A stretch of 64,000 nt of DNA from Lama glama (taxonomy: Eukaryota). The notes beneath the pieces were generated by a model. It ran no database searches. It was not told the origin of the DNA and worked only from the letters and a program-made list of their open reading frames with translations. Positions 27,131 to 41,169 of this stretch are shown here, piece after piece. The DNA lies in NCBI GenBank assembly GCA_028534125.1, contig CM052818.1, forward strand, positions 16,184,001 to 16,248,000. The letters are read 5' to 3'. The translations under genes and the position numbers were made by a program. Positions within the stretch are counted from its first letter, which is position 1. Each line of letters opens with the position of its first letter.

Positions 27131-29924
27131 TGAATTAGTCATTGTATATCCATATGGTTATGTTCTTATGCAGATCTTAAAATATCTGGAGCACATCTAT
27201 ATATGTTAATATAGAAAGAATTTCAACAACTATTATTAAATGAGAAAAATGTCTATTAATCTCTTTATATGAACAAAATACACTTGCACTTTCATATATA
27301 CAACTTCTATAATAATAAGGTATTATAATAATAATCACATTGTGATATACTCATTTCAATGCATAAACAAATCAGAATGTCCTGATTCATGAAACTTATT
27401 CATTCTTTTTTGGAAATGCTTTACAAGCCTCTGAGTGACCTCTGAGGGGACAGAACTCTTGGATAATTAGTGGGCAGATGTCCTAGACAAAAGTAATGGG
27501 GTTTTTGAGTCCTGGCTCTGGGGATCTGTAACACTTTGGTCAAGTAACTCAGACTTACAGAATCAGATAACCACACGGATAAAAGAGACTTATTCAAGTA
27601 TGCTTTTTAACCAATTAAAAGCACCATGAAATTGTGAAATATTGGAATATGTTTAATATTCTTATTTATCAGTAATCAAAACAAAGCAAGAAAGACAACA
27701 GTGATAATAAAAATGACAATGATGAGGCAACAATAACAAACAGCAACAGCAAAGCTTTCCTAAGATCTCTTCTTTTCAAGGATAGCAAAAAATTCCCTTT
27801 TCCCCCTGAGTTCTTTATGACTTAGCAAATCTGCTTCTTCAAATTTGCTACTGTTGTTTTTCTCTTTCTCAACATCAGTTCACTGAATTAATGCCAACCC
27901 CCCCCACACACAAAACAAACAAACAAGCAAACAAAAGATTGGAACTGCTACCAATTAAATGTCTCTCAATTCAGGTGTTCTTTTAGCTTTGCCTGACAAT
28001 TATTTAAATTATTCTTGGTCATTGCCTTCTTCCCCAATCTCCCCAATTATTTCTGCAGATCTTAACAACACACCTTCAATCTGCCTCCATTCTCTCAAAT
28101 TGGTAACTTTCTTACAGCTATGTTGAAAATTCAGAACACTGATAGTGCTTATCTATATTGTTCTACCTTTATAGGCAACAAATTTATTATTGGGATCAGG
28201 TCCTTCATATGTGACTGAGTCCTAACAGTTAAATACATAGAATTGGCCTTCAAGGATCTTTTTTTTTCAATGACTTCTAACTTCACATAGAAGCAGATAT
28301 CCAAAAGCACATGGAGAAAATATAAAACTTTTTCAGAAAAATGGAAAATACAAGTAATAATTATCTTTTAAATTCTAGTTTCAGAGTATCCTACATTCCA
28401 ATCCTTGCTCATTTCTTGCCTCTCCACTTAGCCCTTGACACCAATCCATTGGACATTTCTGAGAGCTGTTTTTTATTTTGTCCATGCACTCTCTCTCACC
28501 TGTACACTCAATACTTCCTGAGCCTACTTGAGGGCTTCCTGCTGCCCCAGCCAAGGGTTACAGCTATAAAGAATGACTCCCCTCTAGCTCTGTGAAAGAT
28601 GGCATAAATGGCTAGGTTATCAACTTCCCTTTCAGAGACCAACTAAAATGGAAACACTTTGTGAAATAGAATGATTAAGGAAAGAACTATCTGTAACTTG
28701 TCTGCCTGACAGAGCAATGCAATATTGCCAGAATAATGTGAAAGATACTCTGATCTGGCTTTTCAGTATAGCAGCCAATGTTCAGAAAATGCCATATCAT
28801 AAAGAGTTGGAGCAGCTGTGGGGGGGCAGAAAGATGGGAAACTTCATACTATTTCTTGTGGAATTAACAGTGCCACACATATCTTGTTCTATTTCTGATC
28901 TCTGTGTTGAGTCATTCATACGCCTGATTATTCCTGCTCAAAACTTAGGGAAAAAAAACTTTTTCTTTTCTCACAGATATCCTTCCAACTGTTTTCAAAA
29001 AACATACTCACCCCACCATGTATTTCTATGAATTTTTTCCTTGCCTTTCTCTAAACATGCGATGTGAATGGTAACTGTATTCTTCCTAGACATATGGTAC
29101 CCCCACAGCCCACATGAACACATGAAGACAGAAGAAATAAGTGGATGAATAACCTTCAGAAAACAAAATAGTGGTTTATCAGAACCTGCTTTTTAAAAAA
29201 ATTTCAGACACTATAAATTTCACAGGAAATTGTATCAAATCTCCAAATAAGCAGATAATTCCTTTAATATTGAAAGTGTTGCACGGCAAATAAAAGACCC
29301 TGAAAATCTTTATAATCCTTAGTGGACTTAAATAAGGAACTAAACATAAATGAAATGCCTATCCTAATTAAAGGAACAGCAGAATTTATTCTTAAAATCA
29401 AAATCATAATGCTTTACATTCAAATTAGGATCATTCCTGATAGTTCAATTTTAGGATGTCTTTTATTAGAACATATACATAACATTAAAAGAAAAAGGCC
29501 ACTTCAGCAGATGATATATTGTTTGATTATATTCAACATTCTTTCCTAGTAAAAACATACGATAAATTACAAATTTCAAGATGAAAATTCAACATGGCAT
29601 AAATGTCAATTCTTCCAAATTTTTATTCTCCCAAATTATAAATTCCAAGCCGTATGTTTCAGAATCTCAATGGGAGTTTAAACTGTGGGGGAGGGTGCTG
29701 TGATAATCCTCAGATTATAAGAAACATAACATGACAAATAGATGAATATGAAAACATCAGATTATTTCTTTTCTAAAGTATCATATAGTTCATAATTTGA
29801 TACAATAGGAGAGTATGCAGCACCCCCATTAAAATATCCTTGCCCACAAAATTGATCATGAATCTAACTTTGCATGTAACTTTCAGAGGAACAAGTGAAA
29901 TGACATCACTGTTCTGAATTATTT

Positions 29925-31612
29925 AACTCACGTCTTAGCAATATTTTTTTGGATCTGTTTCCTCAAGCAAGGGAAACAAAAACAAAAATAAACAAATGGA
30001 TCTAATCAAACTTAAAAGCTTCTGCACAACAAAAGAAACCACCAACAAAGCAAAAAAGGCAACTTACTAAATGGGAGAAGATATTTGCAAATGATATATG
30101 TCTGATAAGGGGTTACATTAGTATCCAAAATATATAAGGAACTCATACAACTCAATACCAAAAAAAAGCAAAAATCCAATTAAAAAATGGGTAAAGGACC
30201 TGAACAGGCATTTTCCCAAAGAAGTCATACAGATGGCCAAGAAGCACATGATAAGTTGCTCAACATCACTAACCATCAGGAAACTGAATATCAAAACTAC
30301 AGTGAGATATCACCTCACATCTGTCTGAATGGCTGTTGTCAAAAAGACAATAAATAAATGTTGGCAACGCTGTGGAGAAAAGGGAACTCTAGTATATTGT
30401 TGGTAATTGGTGCAGCCACTATGGAAAACAATAGGGAGGTTCCCTCCAAAATTAAAAATAGAACTACCACATGATGCAGCAATTCCACTCCCCGCTATTT
30501 ATCCTGAGGAAACAAAGATACTAATTCAAAAAGATATATTCACAGCAACGTTCATAGCAGCATTATTTAAAATAGCCAAGATATGGAAGCAAACTAAGTG
30601 TCCATCAACAGATAAATGGATAATGAAGATGCAATTGGTGGGGAGGAAGAAATTTTCATTTACCTTTCTAGATTCTTCTGGCTGATCTAAGAATTCAGTT
30701 GACATGGTTTAATAACATGCATACATGGGAGAGACCTAGGAAAACTGAATAACTTACCAAAATGGCTGAACCTCTCACATTATATATAATTTTTAGCTAA
30801 AGACAAAAGAGGATATTGGGGGTAGTGGTTTGGGAACTCAAAGCAGAGGAGGGCAACTCAGATGAAGATGGAAAAGTAAATGCTTGTAAACAAATGTCTG
30901 AGGGGTCATAGACACAATGGGGCACAGAGAGGAATTTTAATAAAGGACCTTTGCTAGGTTCCTCCCTGTCTACACACCTAGTTCATATAATAGTTATCTA
31001 TGGGGAAAGCTCCCTTCCTGGAACAGGATGTTCTCTGTAATTAGGCAATTAGGGGGAAGGTCAAAGTTTCTTCCTGAGTCTTTTGGGAGATTGTTTTCAG
31101 CTCAAAATAATCTGCATGCTAAAGAGACATTTTGGGGTGGCAAATTTTGTTTTCCTATATCATATATATAATATTTCTCAGCAGGAAAAAGGAATGAAAT
31201 ATTGCCATTTGCAACAACATGGATGGACCTGGAGGGTACTATGCTTAGTGTAATAAGTTAGACAGAGAAAGACAAATACTGTATGTTTTCAATTGTTCAT
31301 GTCAAAGCTAAAAAAATAAAACAAATGAACAAATATAACAAAATACAAACAGACTCACAGATACAGAGAACAAACTAATGTTTACCAGTGTGAGAGGGGT
31401 TAGGAAAGGAATAATATAGGGGGAGTGGAGTAAGTGGTACAAACTACTAGGTATAAAATAAGATACAAGAATGCAAGGTATAGTACAGGGAATATAGTCA
31501 GTATTTTATAATAACTTCAGATGGAGTATAATCTATAAAAATACTGAATCATTATGTTATATACCTAAAATTAATATAATATTATAAGTCAACTATACTT
31601 CAGTTAAGAAAA
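29925..31612 (+). mobile_element. 5'-truncated L1 (ORF2 C-terminus and 3' UTR), interrupted at 30636-31159
   Basis: ORF 30407: VQPLWKTI...IELPHDAAIPL...FIAALFKIAKIWKQTKCPSTDKWI; resumes 'gaatgaaatattgccatttgcaacaacatggatggacc' and ends 'caactatacttcagttaagaaaaa'. Confidence 0.95.
30636..31159 (-). mobile_element. MER34-like ERV1 solo LTR inserted in L1
   Basis: Minus strand begins '...aaaatttgccaccccaaaatgtctctttagcatgcagattattttgagctgaaaac', the MER34-group 5' signature; about 520 bp. Confidence 0.75.
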
Positions 31613-32779
31613 ATAAGTTGTTTGACTTATCTATTCTTACAGATAAGAATTTATGCTGTCTGTGTAATCAGAGAAAGGTAATCAAATGATTCCCATTTTT
31701 CAAAACAGATTTTTTGAGGCATAAAAAAAGGCATTAATGTCTTGCTGTTTGTGGCCCATGACCTTGTGAAGCCTCTATGATCCCGGCCTCCTTTGCTTCT
31801 TCTGTTCAGAAGTGGTTTGCTTGAATATACTTTCTCTGATTACAGTTACCTCTCCTGTCAGATTTTCACCTTTCTCTTTCTCTAAGCCTTTGTATTAAAG
31901 CTTCATTTATGTGGTGTCTTTGCCCCTAAGTACAACATTTCATAGATTCCCTTTGTTTTTCCATCCAGTTTTCTGAGCCAGTTCAATCACTTCTACCCCT
32001 AGCTCCTGTGTCAAAAATCACAGGCCTACTCATATCTAAGACTCTGTCCACCCAGAAACAGAGTTAAGGCATTTTTCTCACTTTACACATTTTTTTTTGT
32101 TTCTCCTATTAGACAAGCATACACAAAGAAATAAAGAAAAAAAAAAAAAGCTTGTCTTGAACATTTAAGTAACTATTGCCCTAGCCTCCCCGACCTACTC
32201 AAGTCACAGTTGGTTCTGTGCCTCATCCTCCTGGCCTACCACACAGTCATCTGCAGAAGTTCGCTATGTGCCAAGTCTTTCATGAGAATCTCTGCCTCTG
32301 CTCCCCTGTAGGGCAGATTAAAAATGCCTAGAAAGTTTACACCCCTGGAAAAGTCTTATTCAGATAAATTTCTGGCCCCTCAGTGGCACAACTGTTTTTA
32401 CCCAAACGGCTATAAAGAGGAGTCACACTATTCCATCTTCATTTCTTATTCACTCAATCTACTAAAGTCTGGCCTGTACACTGGCCAAAACAGGATTTAA
32501 GAAACCTACACAAAGTTCCCCTCAGGGCTCCCCTCAGTGTTCCTGGTGAGTCTGCCACTGACCTGGCTCAGACAATATGTTTCTTACCACAGAAAAGCTA
32601 GAAATGTATTTCTAAAGTTACCCACCCCCTCTCTGAAACATCAGTGTTTCTTCTATGTTCTATATAACTATCATTTATACTCATATTACACAAATACACA
32701 CACACACACTCACACATACATGCATACAGCCCAAATGCACACTGATTGCACATGTTTCTCCAGCCTAATCACTGATCCC

Positions 32780-33370
32780 CTGCCTCTTTTCCTTCTCCTT
32801 TAAATTCATCATTCACATAGAAACTACAGGATCTGTCTCAACTACAAATCTGATATGATCACACTCCTACCAAAATGCTCTATTTCCCTCCACCAGCTAC
32901 AGGATGAAGCCCATCTACTTCATGTGCTGTTGACGATCTGAATGCTGCTTTCTCTTCCTGCCTCCTTCTGTCCATACTTGCCTCATGTATTTCTTTCTAG
33001 CTTTACTGCAACTTCCCATGCTTCACACTTCCTTCCACGGTGTCTTTTTGATATAGTCCAGTCTGTTTAGAATTACTTAGCCTTCTTTCCTTTCTTATAT
33101 TCTTCTTCCCTTACTCTAACTGGCAACTTCTATTCAACCTTTTACACTCAGCCAGTTGATCCAAAATCCCTTGTCTCTTTCTTTAAGGATGGATACTTTA
33201 CATTTCTTGAAAACAATCTTCTGGGGTTTAGCTGCCCCACTAGATTTTAAGTTCCTTGTAGACTAGGCCTCTGTCTTATCCTGTACTTGGGCAACACATG
33301 GCACATAGAGGCTTTTCAAATAATCTTAATAAGATAAATTAATGATTCAGTGAATGCATTACAAATGAAC
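32780..33370 (+). mobile_element. L2 LINE 3' region
   Basis: 'caaatctgatatgatcacactcc', 'ccccactagattttaagttccttgtagactaggcctctgtctt', 'tggcacatagaggc'. Confidence 0.75.
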
Positions 33371-33529
33371 TGATCACAAGAAAAATCTCCTAACATCTCT
33401 AAATCATAGCTTTCCCAACTTGTAAAAAGGTATTATTAATAACTTCCTTAGAGAATTGTTTAATGTAATAAGTATCTTACGGCCTATTATAGTATATGGC
33501 TCATATAAGTAAAAAATAATATTAGTCCC

Positions 33530-33870
33530 TGTGGCAGATTGTATTTTCCAAAAATAGGACACCAATATATACCCCACCCTATATGTCCTCCTTTTGAATA
33601 AAGGAGGTGGGATTCTCCATTAAGGGGTGAGGTCTATGCTTATATGCAGGACATGTGAAACCAGGTCATACAAGACATGTAGCTTCTACCTGCTGCCATA
33701 CTGGAGAGATTACTTGGGGAGCCTACCTCAGCAAAGAGATGCCCTAGGTACCCAGCTCTTCTAGCTCTAGCAGTTGGGTATACTAGCTGAGGTTCTAGAT
33801 ATTGTGGATCAGAGTCATTTATCTCTTCTATGAACTATCCAAATTCAGACTTGATGATTTCATATTTACA
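33530..33870 (+). mobile_element. MLT1 (H-like) LTR remnant
   Basis: Starts 'tgtggcagattgtattttccaaaaatagg', a MLT1 5' terminus. Confidence 0.75.
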
Positions 33871-34709
33871 GCACAGTCAATTCCCAATAGGAAAAAAATA
33901 AAGGGAAATATGGTGGAAGTAAAGATTCCTTAAATGTGGAAAATGTGCGAGTAGGCATGGAATTTCCTTTACAGAGTCATTTAAAGAGTCAAATGTAATA
34001 AAGAAGAAAAATGAAACTGATGACTATTTGTGAAAAAAGATACTAAGCACTAATTATTCTCCACAATAAACATTTCTCAAGTTTCATATATAGATAGACA
34101 AATAGAGGTAAAGGAATTCTACTACTAAATTTTAAATAATTCATTTGTTTTTCAATGTTGTATAATGAACAGAAAAAAATTCACATTCTTTTATCCCTTG
34201 TTATCTCATTTTGGTTAAATACTGTTTGTGATTCTTTTGAATTATTTTAATATTGGAAGAGCCTTCTCCTTATTTCAGTTAGAAGCATAAGTTGGGAAGA
34301 AACATAAAATTCTGTTCCCATAGCATTATAAAAAGATATGATGCTATTATCTTGAAATCCTAGATGACTCTGTGAGTCAATCCACGTCCTAATTCAATTC
34401 AACATTTCCTGAGCATTTACCATATTTCAAAGATGCTTTGTATAACAAATTTTAAAATCCCATAGGAAAATGACATTCTAAGAAGAAATCAGTCAGGTAA
34501 CCAGCTAGGAAAAAAGTGGCAAGTGTTACAATAAGGATATATTATTATCCCTTTACTGGAAGTATAAAATCCTCTACTTGTCCTTCAAGCATCTGACACT
34601 ATCACACTTGCCTTTCTGTTCATATCAGGACTCCAGGTGATTGTAAAGATATTGGTAGTAACTTTTCGAATATTTGAATATTTGTAAAACAGTATGTTTT
34701 ACTACCTAT

Positions 34710-35190
34710 TTTTTTTTAGCTTCAAATTCATTCTTCTCTTCTGTGCTTTGGGGTGCTATGATGGGAACTCTGCAAACTACATTTCCCAGGTACCTCTGCC
34801 ATCTGACTTTCTGTTAATTTCTGTCAAGAAGGGATATAGAAAAGGACTAAAAAGCAGGAAGGGAGAAGTATGTGTCTTCACTTTTCTGTCAGCATAGCAC
34901 CACCAGAAGGGGAAATTAGCCCCACTAACAGCAACTGTACTTCATTCACTGGCAGTCAAGCAGTGGCACTTAACTGTAGACTCCAGCCATTTTTAGAATT
35001 TCGGTAACAAGTGTCATCATTGATCCCCCGCCACATCCTACCCCTGCTCTGACCATCCAGGTACCAGAAGTAGCATACAGCACCCTATTTATAAGGCCTG
35101 AGCCACATTATGTAATGGAATATAAAAATTCCTTATATTAAATCTCTTCTGTTAAAATGCCTTATGTACTTTTATTTCCCTTCCTTTGAC
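34710..35190 (+). mobile_element. LTR33-like ERVL LTR
   Basis: 'ctctgcaaactacatttcccagg...ctgccatctgactttctgtta' and 3' 'attaaatctcttctgttaaaatgcct'. Confidence 0.7.
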
Positions 35191-35338
35191 TGAACATGCC
35201 ACAAATGTATAGAAACAAATGTGATACAGGAAATTCACAAGTCTTTGAATTTAACCAACAATTTATTCTATCATTCTTTCCTTCCTTTTTAAGGTATTCC
35301 TACAGAAATTCAGTATTTCAGTGGGCAAAGAGTATTTT

Positions 35339-35399
35339 ATTTCATGTGTGAATGCAGTAATAAATTTCATGTGTGAATGCAATATTTCACGTGTTGAAT
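35339..35399. repeat. Short direct repeat, about 2.7 copies
   Basis: atttcatgtgtgaatgca at 35339 and 35364; variant atttcacgtgttgaat at 35384. Confidence 0.85.
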
Positions 35400-36438
35400 T
35401 TTCAAAATAATTGTACCAAATGTTTTGTTATACATGCACTCTAATTTTGAAGTTTTTGAGGGGTCCCCCCATTTTTTCTATTTATGGGGGACAAGTCAGA
35501 ACAAATGACATTAAACACTTGATCAGGAATAACTGCACCATTGCCTTCTCAATCATTTTCAGTAATAACAGTAATAACTTACTTATATGCAATACATATT
35601 ATTTTTTACTGAATTTCTACCACAGAAAAAAGAGTAAGACATTTAGTCATGTGCTGAGGAAGCAAAACTGAAGTACTCATAAATGTTAAATTACATAAAA
35701 ATTGGTATGTTACAAATTTTATATATTATATGTGAAATTTGTTGTCTCAGAAGCTCTATGTAAAGGGAAAATTGGGGGAGTTATCTCATATTTTAACCAC
35801 TTCACTAACTAGAATTTATTTGGATAAATTTGAGTGTTAAATCATGAAAATAAGAAATGATAAATTATAAATAAATACCATTTTATATCCTTAGGCACTC
35901 AGTTCAATTAATTGCTATCAAGCATTTATATGTATAGACTCTGGCAGGCCAGCTTTGATAACTACGTAAGACCCATTTGAATTAACAGTATCCAGTTTTT
36001 ATTTAAATTATTCTTGTGCTATAATCTCCAAAAGTTATTTTCTTAAGGAAATCAAAACACCTTTTATTTACTCATCTGCATTATAGAATTGCATATCAGT
36101 CTTATTGTCTGAGACGGTGAGAATACATTCGTCATCCATTTCAATTAAATAACACTTCTTACAAAATATAGTTAAATGATTCTTTTAATGCATAAAAATC
36201 ATACTGAGTTGTTGGTTAAATATATAAATTCTTAAGTCATAACTAGACTATTGAAAAAATATCAATGAGAGACAGGCAGAAGTATCAACATTTTAACAGG
36301 CAATCAGTTACTTCTAATAATAGTAGTTTATAAAGCCCATTTATACAAACAGTGGGGGGGAGTTATGACTTCCTCGTATCTCCAATATTACATAAGTAAA
36401 ACATGGACTGGCTAGGACTAGCTGAAATACTGAAAGAG

Positions 36439-36818
36439 AAACACGTATCTGGTAAATTACATACAATTCAGTATTAAAAAGCACTGAATTTTTTTTAAAA
36501 CAAATTACAGTTGACCTGTACTTCAGAAAGATGTCTATCCCCAATGACATTTTGACAACTAGAAAACTAAGCCTCAATTGCTTGAAAACTTAATTTTAGT
36601 AAGATTCAGTATTCCTTGATAATATTAAAACACGTATCTGGTAAATTACATACAATTCAGTATTAAAAAGCACTGAATTTTTTTTAAAACAAATTACAGT
36701 TGACCTGTACTTCAGAAAGATGTCTATCCCCAATGACATTTTGACAACTAGAAAACTAAGCCTCAATTGCTTGAAAACTTAATTTTAGTAAGATTCAGTA
36801 TTCCTTGATAATATTAAA
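36439..36818. repeat. Perfect head-to-tail duplication, 189-bp unit x2
   Basis: 'cacgtatctggtaaattac' at 36442 and 36631; identity continues to 36818 with no mismatch seen by eye. Confidence 0.97.
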
Positions 36819-38249
36819 TAAATGAAGTATTATTATCAACCAAGAACGGCTTACTACTCTTATAGCATTTTCACTTTCACAAATTCTTAGTAAGGAAAAT
36901 GTAACAGTGCTTCAACATAGTACTGATTTTACCTCAGTAAATCTAAACAGATGAATAATTCACTCTCGCCAACATTTGCAAAGGGGCCTAGAATATTATT
37001 TCAGATTATTATTTAAAAATATTTCAAAAATTAATGTTTTCTTCCAAGTTAATGCCATTCTTAAAAAAATATTTCATGGTTGTCTCCAGATCATTGTAGG
37101 CAAAAATTCTTACATATATGCAAAAAACAGGATTTGGAAGTCTTTCTGATCTATTTACAAGAGAGAATGGAAGACAAATGATAGGGGACTGTAGGGAATG
37201 CCCTAGAGAAAACCTATGTTTGAATTTCTGGATTTGTCACCTTTTCAAATGAATGGGTTGCCAACAACCTTTTAAGGATAATTCACATCAGCTGCAAAGA
37301 AAATGTAATTACATCTTGTGTAATGATGGCTTTGATCATATATCCATTGATCTGAAAAAGTAAATTTTTATAATGTAGGTACTGTTTTCAAACATTTCAT
37401 ATGAATTTTGGAGAATTATATGCATGTGAATAACTTTTTCTGTCAAGAAACCTAAAATAAAAAAATTGGTACATGGCCAAGGAATCACAACCCTACGGCA
37501 ACATTAACACTTCTCTGTCTTTTCCCTTATCCTAAAATAGAACAATTCTTTTTAAAAATTTGTACTATTTTCAAATTTTCTTTTGGTTATTTTTAGAAAA
37601 TGTTGAGCAAATTCACCTAACATTAGAGAAACTGTATTTAGATGAACCGTTTTTATTTTCCTAACTTTAAGAATGCTCACATTTTAATTACTCTGTAATT
37701 AACTAGTATTCTTTTCTTTTTATCTTTCCTTCTGCCTTCTTTCCTCACTTCCTCCTTTTCCTCTGCTTTCCCTCCTTCTTCTTGCTATCCCTCCTTTTCT
37801 CCTTACTTACATTTTCCCCATCTGCATTTACTTGCAATTTTGGAGCTCTTACCTGAATCCATCCAATATAATATAAAAATCAAGCATTGAGTCCATATAA
37901 GTTGAAGCATAAAAATTACATTTCATTTTAGCAAAATTAGCTCAGGTAATAATGTCTATTATTGCTATTATATTGAGAAAAATACTATATAGTAATTATG
38001 AAGATTATTAGAACAATATATAATAATTGCACATATACTGTATAATACATATAAAATTACATGTAATTTTAACATATTTCATGTAGTTGTACAAATAAAA
38101 TTGTCTAAGAGTAAATCTTTTTTTCTTAACTTTAGCATAACTTCCTATTGAACAGCTCTCTACTAAGAATCTATTGCGGCCATGCCCAATGTTAGATGAT
38201 TACTACAAAAATGGGAAACTAGATAAATACACATACATACACATACTCT

Positions 38250-39075
38250 TAAATGTGATGGGAGAGTGGTATTAGCTAATAATCAGTTTGCAATAGAAAG
38301 TGTATCAAATCAACAAACTTTGCACCTTAAACTTCTACAACATTATATTCCAAATACATCTCAATAAAGTTCTTGTGTGGACATTTGTTTTTATTTTTCA
38401 TGAGTAAGTACCTAAAATGGCATTTATGAATAGTATGGTAAATATATATTACACTTCATGAAACACTGCCATATTGTTTTCAAAGCAGCTGTTTTTCACT
38501 CATGTAAGTGGGATCATACAACATACAGTTTTTTGTGTTTGACATCTAGCAATGTATCTAGATTTAGAATTGTTCCTCATCCTAACCAAACTATGGTTTA
38601 TCTTTTTTTATATTTTTAGCTATTCTTATATATAAGTAGTGATATTAAACTGTGGTTTTAATTTGCATCTCTCTGGTAACTATTGAATATTCTTCTGAGA
38701 CATATCTGATCAAAATTTTGCCTATGAGAAATTATTATTTTTTAATCTTATTACTCGGTTATTAAAAGGGATCAAGGGCTCATTGGGTAAGTGGCTGGAA
38801 CCATGGCTGGAAAAAGGAAAAATGCAAGATGAACCTGAACTAAGGAAAGAAGTGCTTAAAAATCAAAGAATGGCAATATGTTAAAGGGACAACTGAAAGA
38901 ACTCCCAATGGCTAAAACTGAAAAATTTGAACAAAAAAGTAAATATATTAATTGATTACAATCCAATGCATTAAATAAATATACACAAGTTCAAATGATG
39001 TAAATAAACATTTAAACAAATGAGAACTGACAATTTAAAAGTTCCAAATATTGTGTATAGACACTCCCTCTCAAT
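38250..39075. mobile_element. Mosaic of old L1 pieces (+ 3' end, - ORF2 3' part, + L1MC-type 3' UTR)
   Basis: 'aaatacatctcaataaag' (+), then 'tgtggttttaatttgcatctctctg' (-), then 'aaagaactcccaatggctaaaactg' (+). Confidence 0.7.
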
Positions 39076-41169
39076 CAGCAAGAAACAGAAGGTCTATCTG
39101 CAGATGATATTATTGTCAGTTCATTCAACTAATATATAGTGAATAAATTTTTTGTATTATGTGCCAACGAAACAAAGATTAAAAAGATAATATAGCCCCT
39201 AACATCATCAAGAAGATGTTTGCTTTTTCTTATAATGTGTATCTTTATGCCTTCTATTATACCAAAAGTAATTGAGAGCCAGGAATATATTTAAGTCATT
39301 TTCAATCTTCAGCATTTCTGTGCAAAGCTGGTCATGCAAGCTCATCAAACATTTGATAATTATTCACATAAGATTGAGAAATGCATAAAAAACAAAATTA
39401 TTTATTTCATATCTCTATAGTCTTTTCCACATTGTTTTAAGGAGAAACATGAAGCTGATTCTGTCAGATACCCAATACACTCTGTGTTGAATGGAATTTA
39501 TGCTAATCAATGCAAAACAAACCTATTCCTGTTTAACATTTCTATTAAGATTCATTTTGGAATATGGAAATTTACTAAATATCAGAACTCTGTAATTATC
39601 ATAACATTGTAAATATGGATTCATTGCCCTAAAAAATAACCTTCATAAATGTGAAGTCTCATTGGCATTTACTTAAGTCATTATTTATCATTTTTCTAGA
39701 AATAATAGTATTAGATCCAAGACTAGGTATATAACATTCTATTTTTATTATATTACATATAGATAATACATATTATGATATTATCAATGAAGACAGAAAT
39801 TGCAATATTCTATCTTTAGTGAAAGTGTTCTGCATTTGAATTCTGAAGCTACATTTTTATCTACAATTAGTTTTAACAATTACAACACATTGTGAGAGTA
39901 TCGCAATCATACCTATCTTTGTTCTCTTCTTTGGGTTTGTGATATTTTACATTTTAGGAACTGATATGCTAAAATATTTATCTATGCTTAAAATAAATGA
40001 TGGATAATATTTTTAAATGAGATTCCATAAGCTACTCTAATGTTAGAATTTTCTACCTCTACTATATTCTGTTTGGTTACATAATTTCACTGTATTTATA
40101 TTTTAATTTCCCATTATAATTATATTTCATTAATTCAGTATAATAATACCAGTTTCTCCCACTTTTATGATGGTTATAACAACAAGTTAGTCTGAAGTCT
40201 AAACTAATGAAGGATTTTATGCATCTATTCCTTTTTAACTATTGAAAATATTTTTCTGGTAAGTAAATACACGGCAAAAAATTTTTATGTGTGTGTTGTG
40301 TGTATGCACATGGATGTATATTTTTTACAGTCTCCAAGAATATTTCTCATTGTGCCTCTGATATTTTATACTTTTTCGAGCATGGAATAGCTGCAGGCAG
40401 AAAGCAAAAACATATTCACCTACTGTTATCCACTTGTAAAATTATTCCTTTCACTAAAATTTTCCCCAAGAGATCTTACCTTTTTTAAGAAAATTAAATG
40501 TTGCAACCTTTAAAATGACATTTATTTCAGGACAGACTGAAAAGTATTGCAGACAGTTGATTTTGTTGTCTTCTATTGAAGAATAATCCAGTAATAATTT
40601 CCCACTTACATTTCATTTTTAAAAAATGAGCTATAAATTGTTTCTAGCATTTATGTTCTTGTACCTTTATGTCTAACATAGTTGGCAATATCTACTTTCT
40701 TTAGCATTTTCATCTAATATTGTCAGCATTATTTTTCATAGAAAGGCAAGGGATTTCTTCTATTCTGCCAATTCCTTTTTTTATATAAAGTTTGACTTGA
40801 GTGCTTTAACCTATCTTAAAGCCTGAGTTAATCTGTTGGCTAATTTCCATTCCTTTTCAATAATTGAAAAGCTTTTTCTGGTAATTTGATATAGAAGTAC
40901 ATTTTATTTGTTGGCTGTTAGAATAAAAATACATTATTTTCCAAATCACAGACATTATAAACTTTTTTTTTTATATTTGGCATTTTTTTATACATTCACT
41001 TTTTAATTCTTTATTGTCAAACTATGAGCTCATCCTTACATTGTTAGCAGGTAATTTCAGCATTTTCTGTATTCCTGTTCCAATTTTGAAGGTTTTCTTT
41101 TACTGTAAGCATTTTTAAAAGAATTTGGCCATGTAAATAATAGCACCCCTAGAAAATAGTCTATTTTTG

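Noticed and set aside
28717..29031. 104-aa ORF and similar 60-120 aa ORFs across the window
   Set aside because: No recognisable domain, and composition reflects AT-rich non-coding DNA; expected by chance.
35339..35399. Repeat-spacer-like pattern resembling a CRISPR array
   Set aside because: Only 2-3 copies with spacers of 7 nt or less, in mammalian DNA with no cas genes; ordinary slippage duplication.
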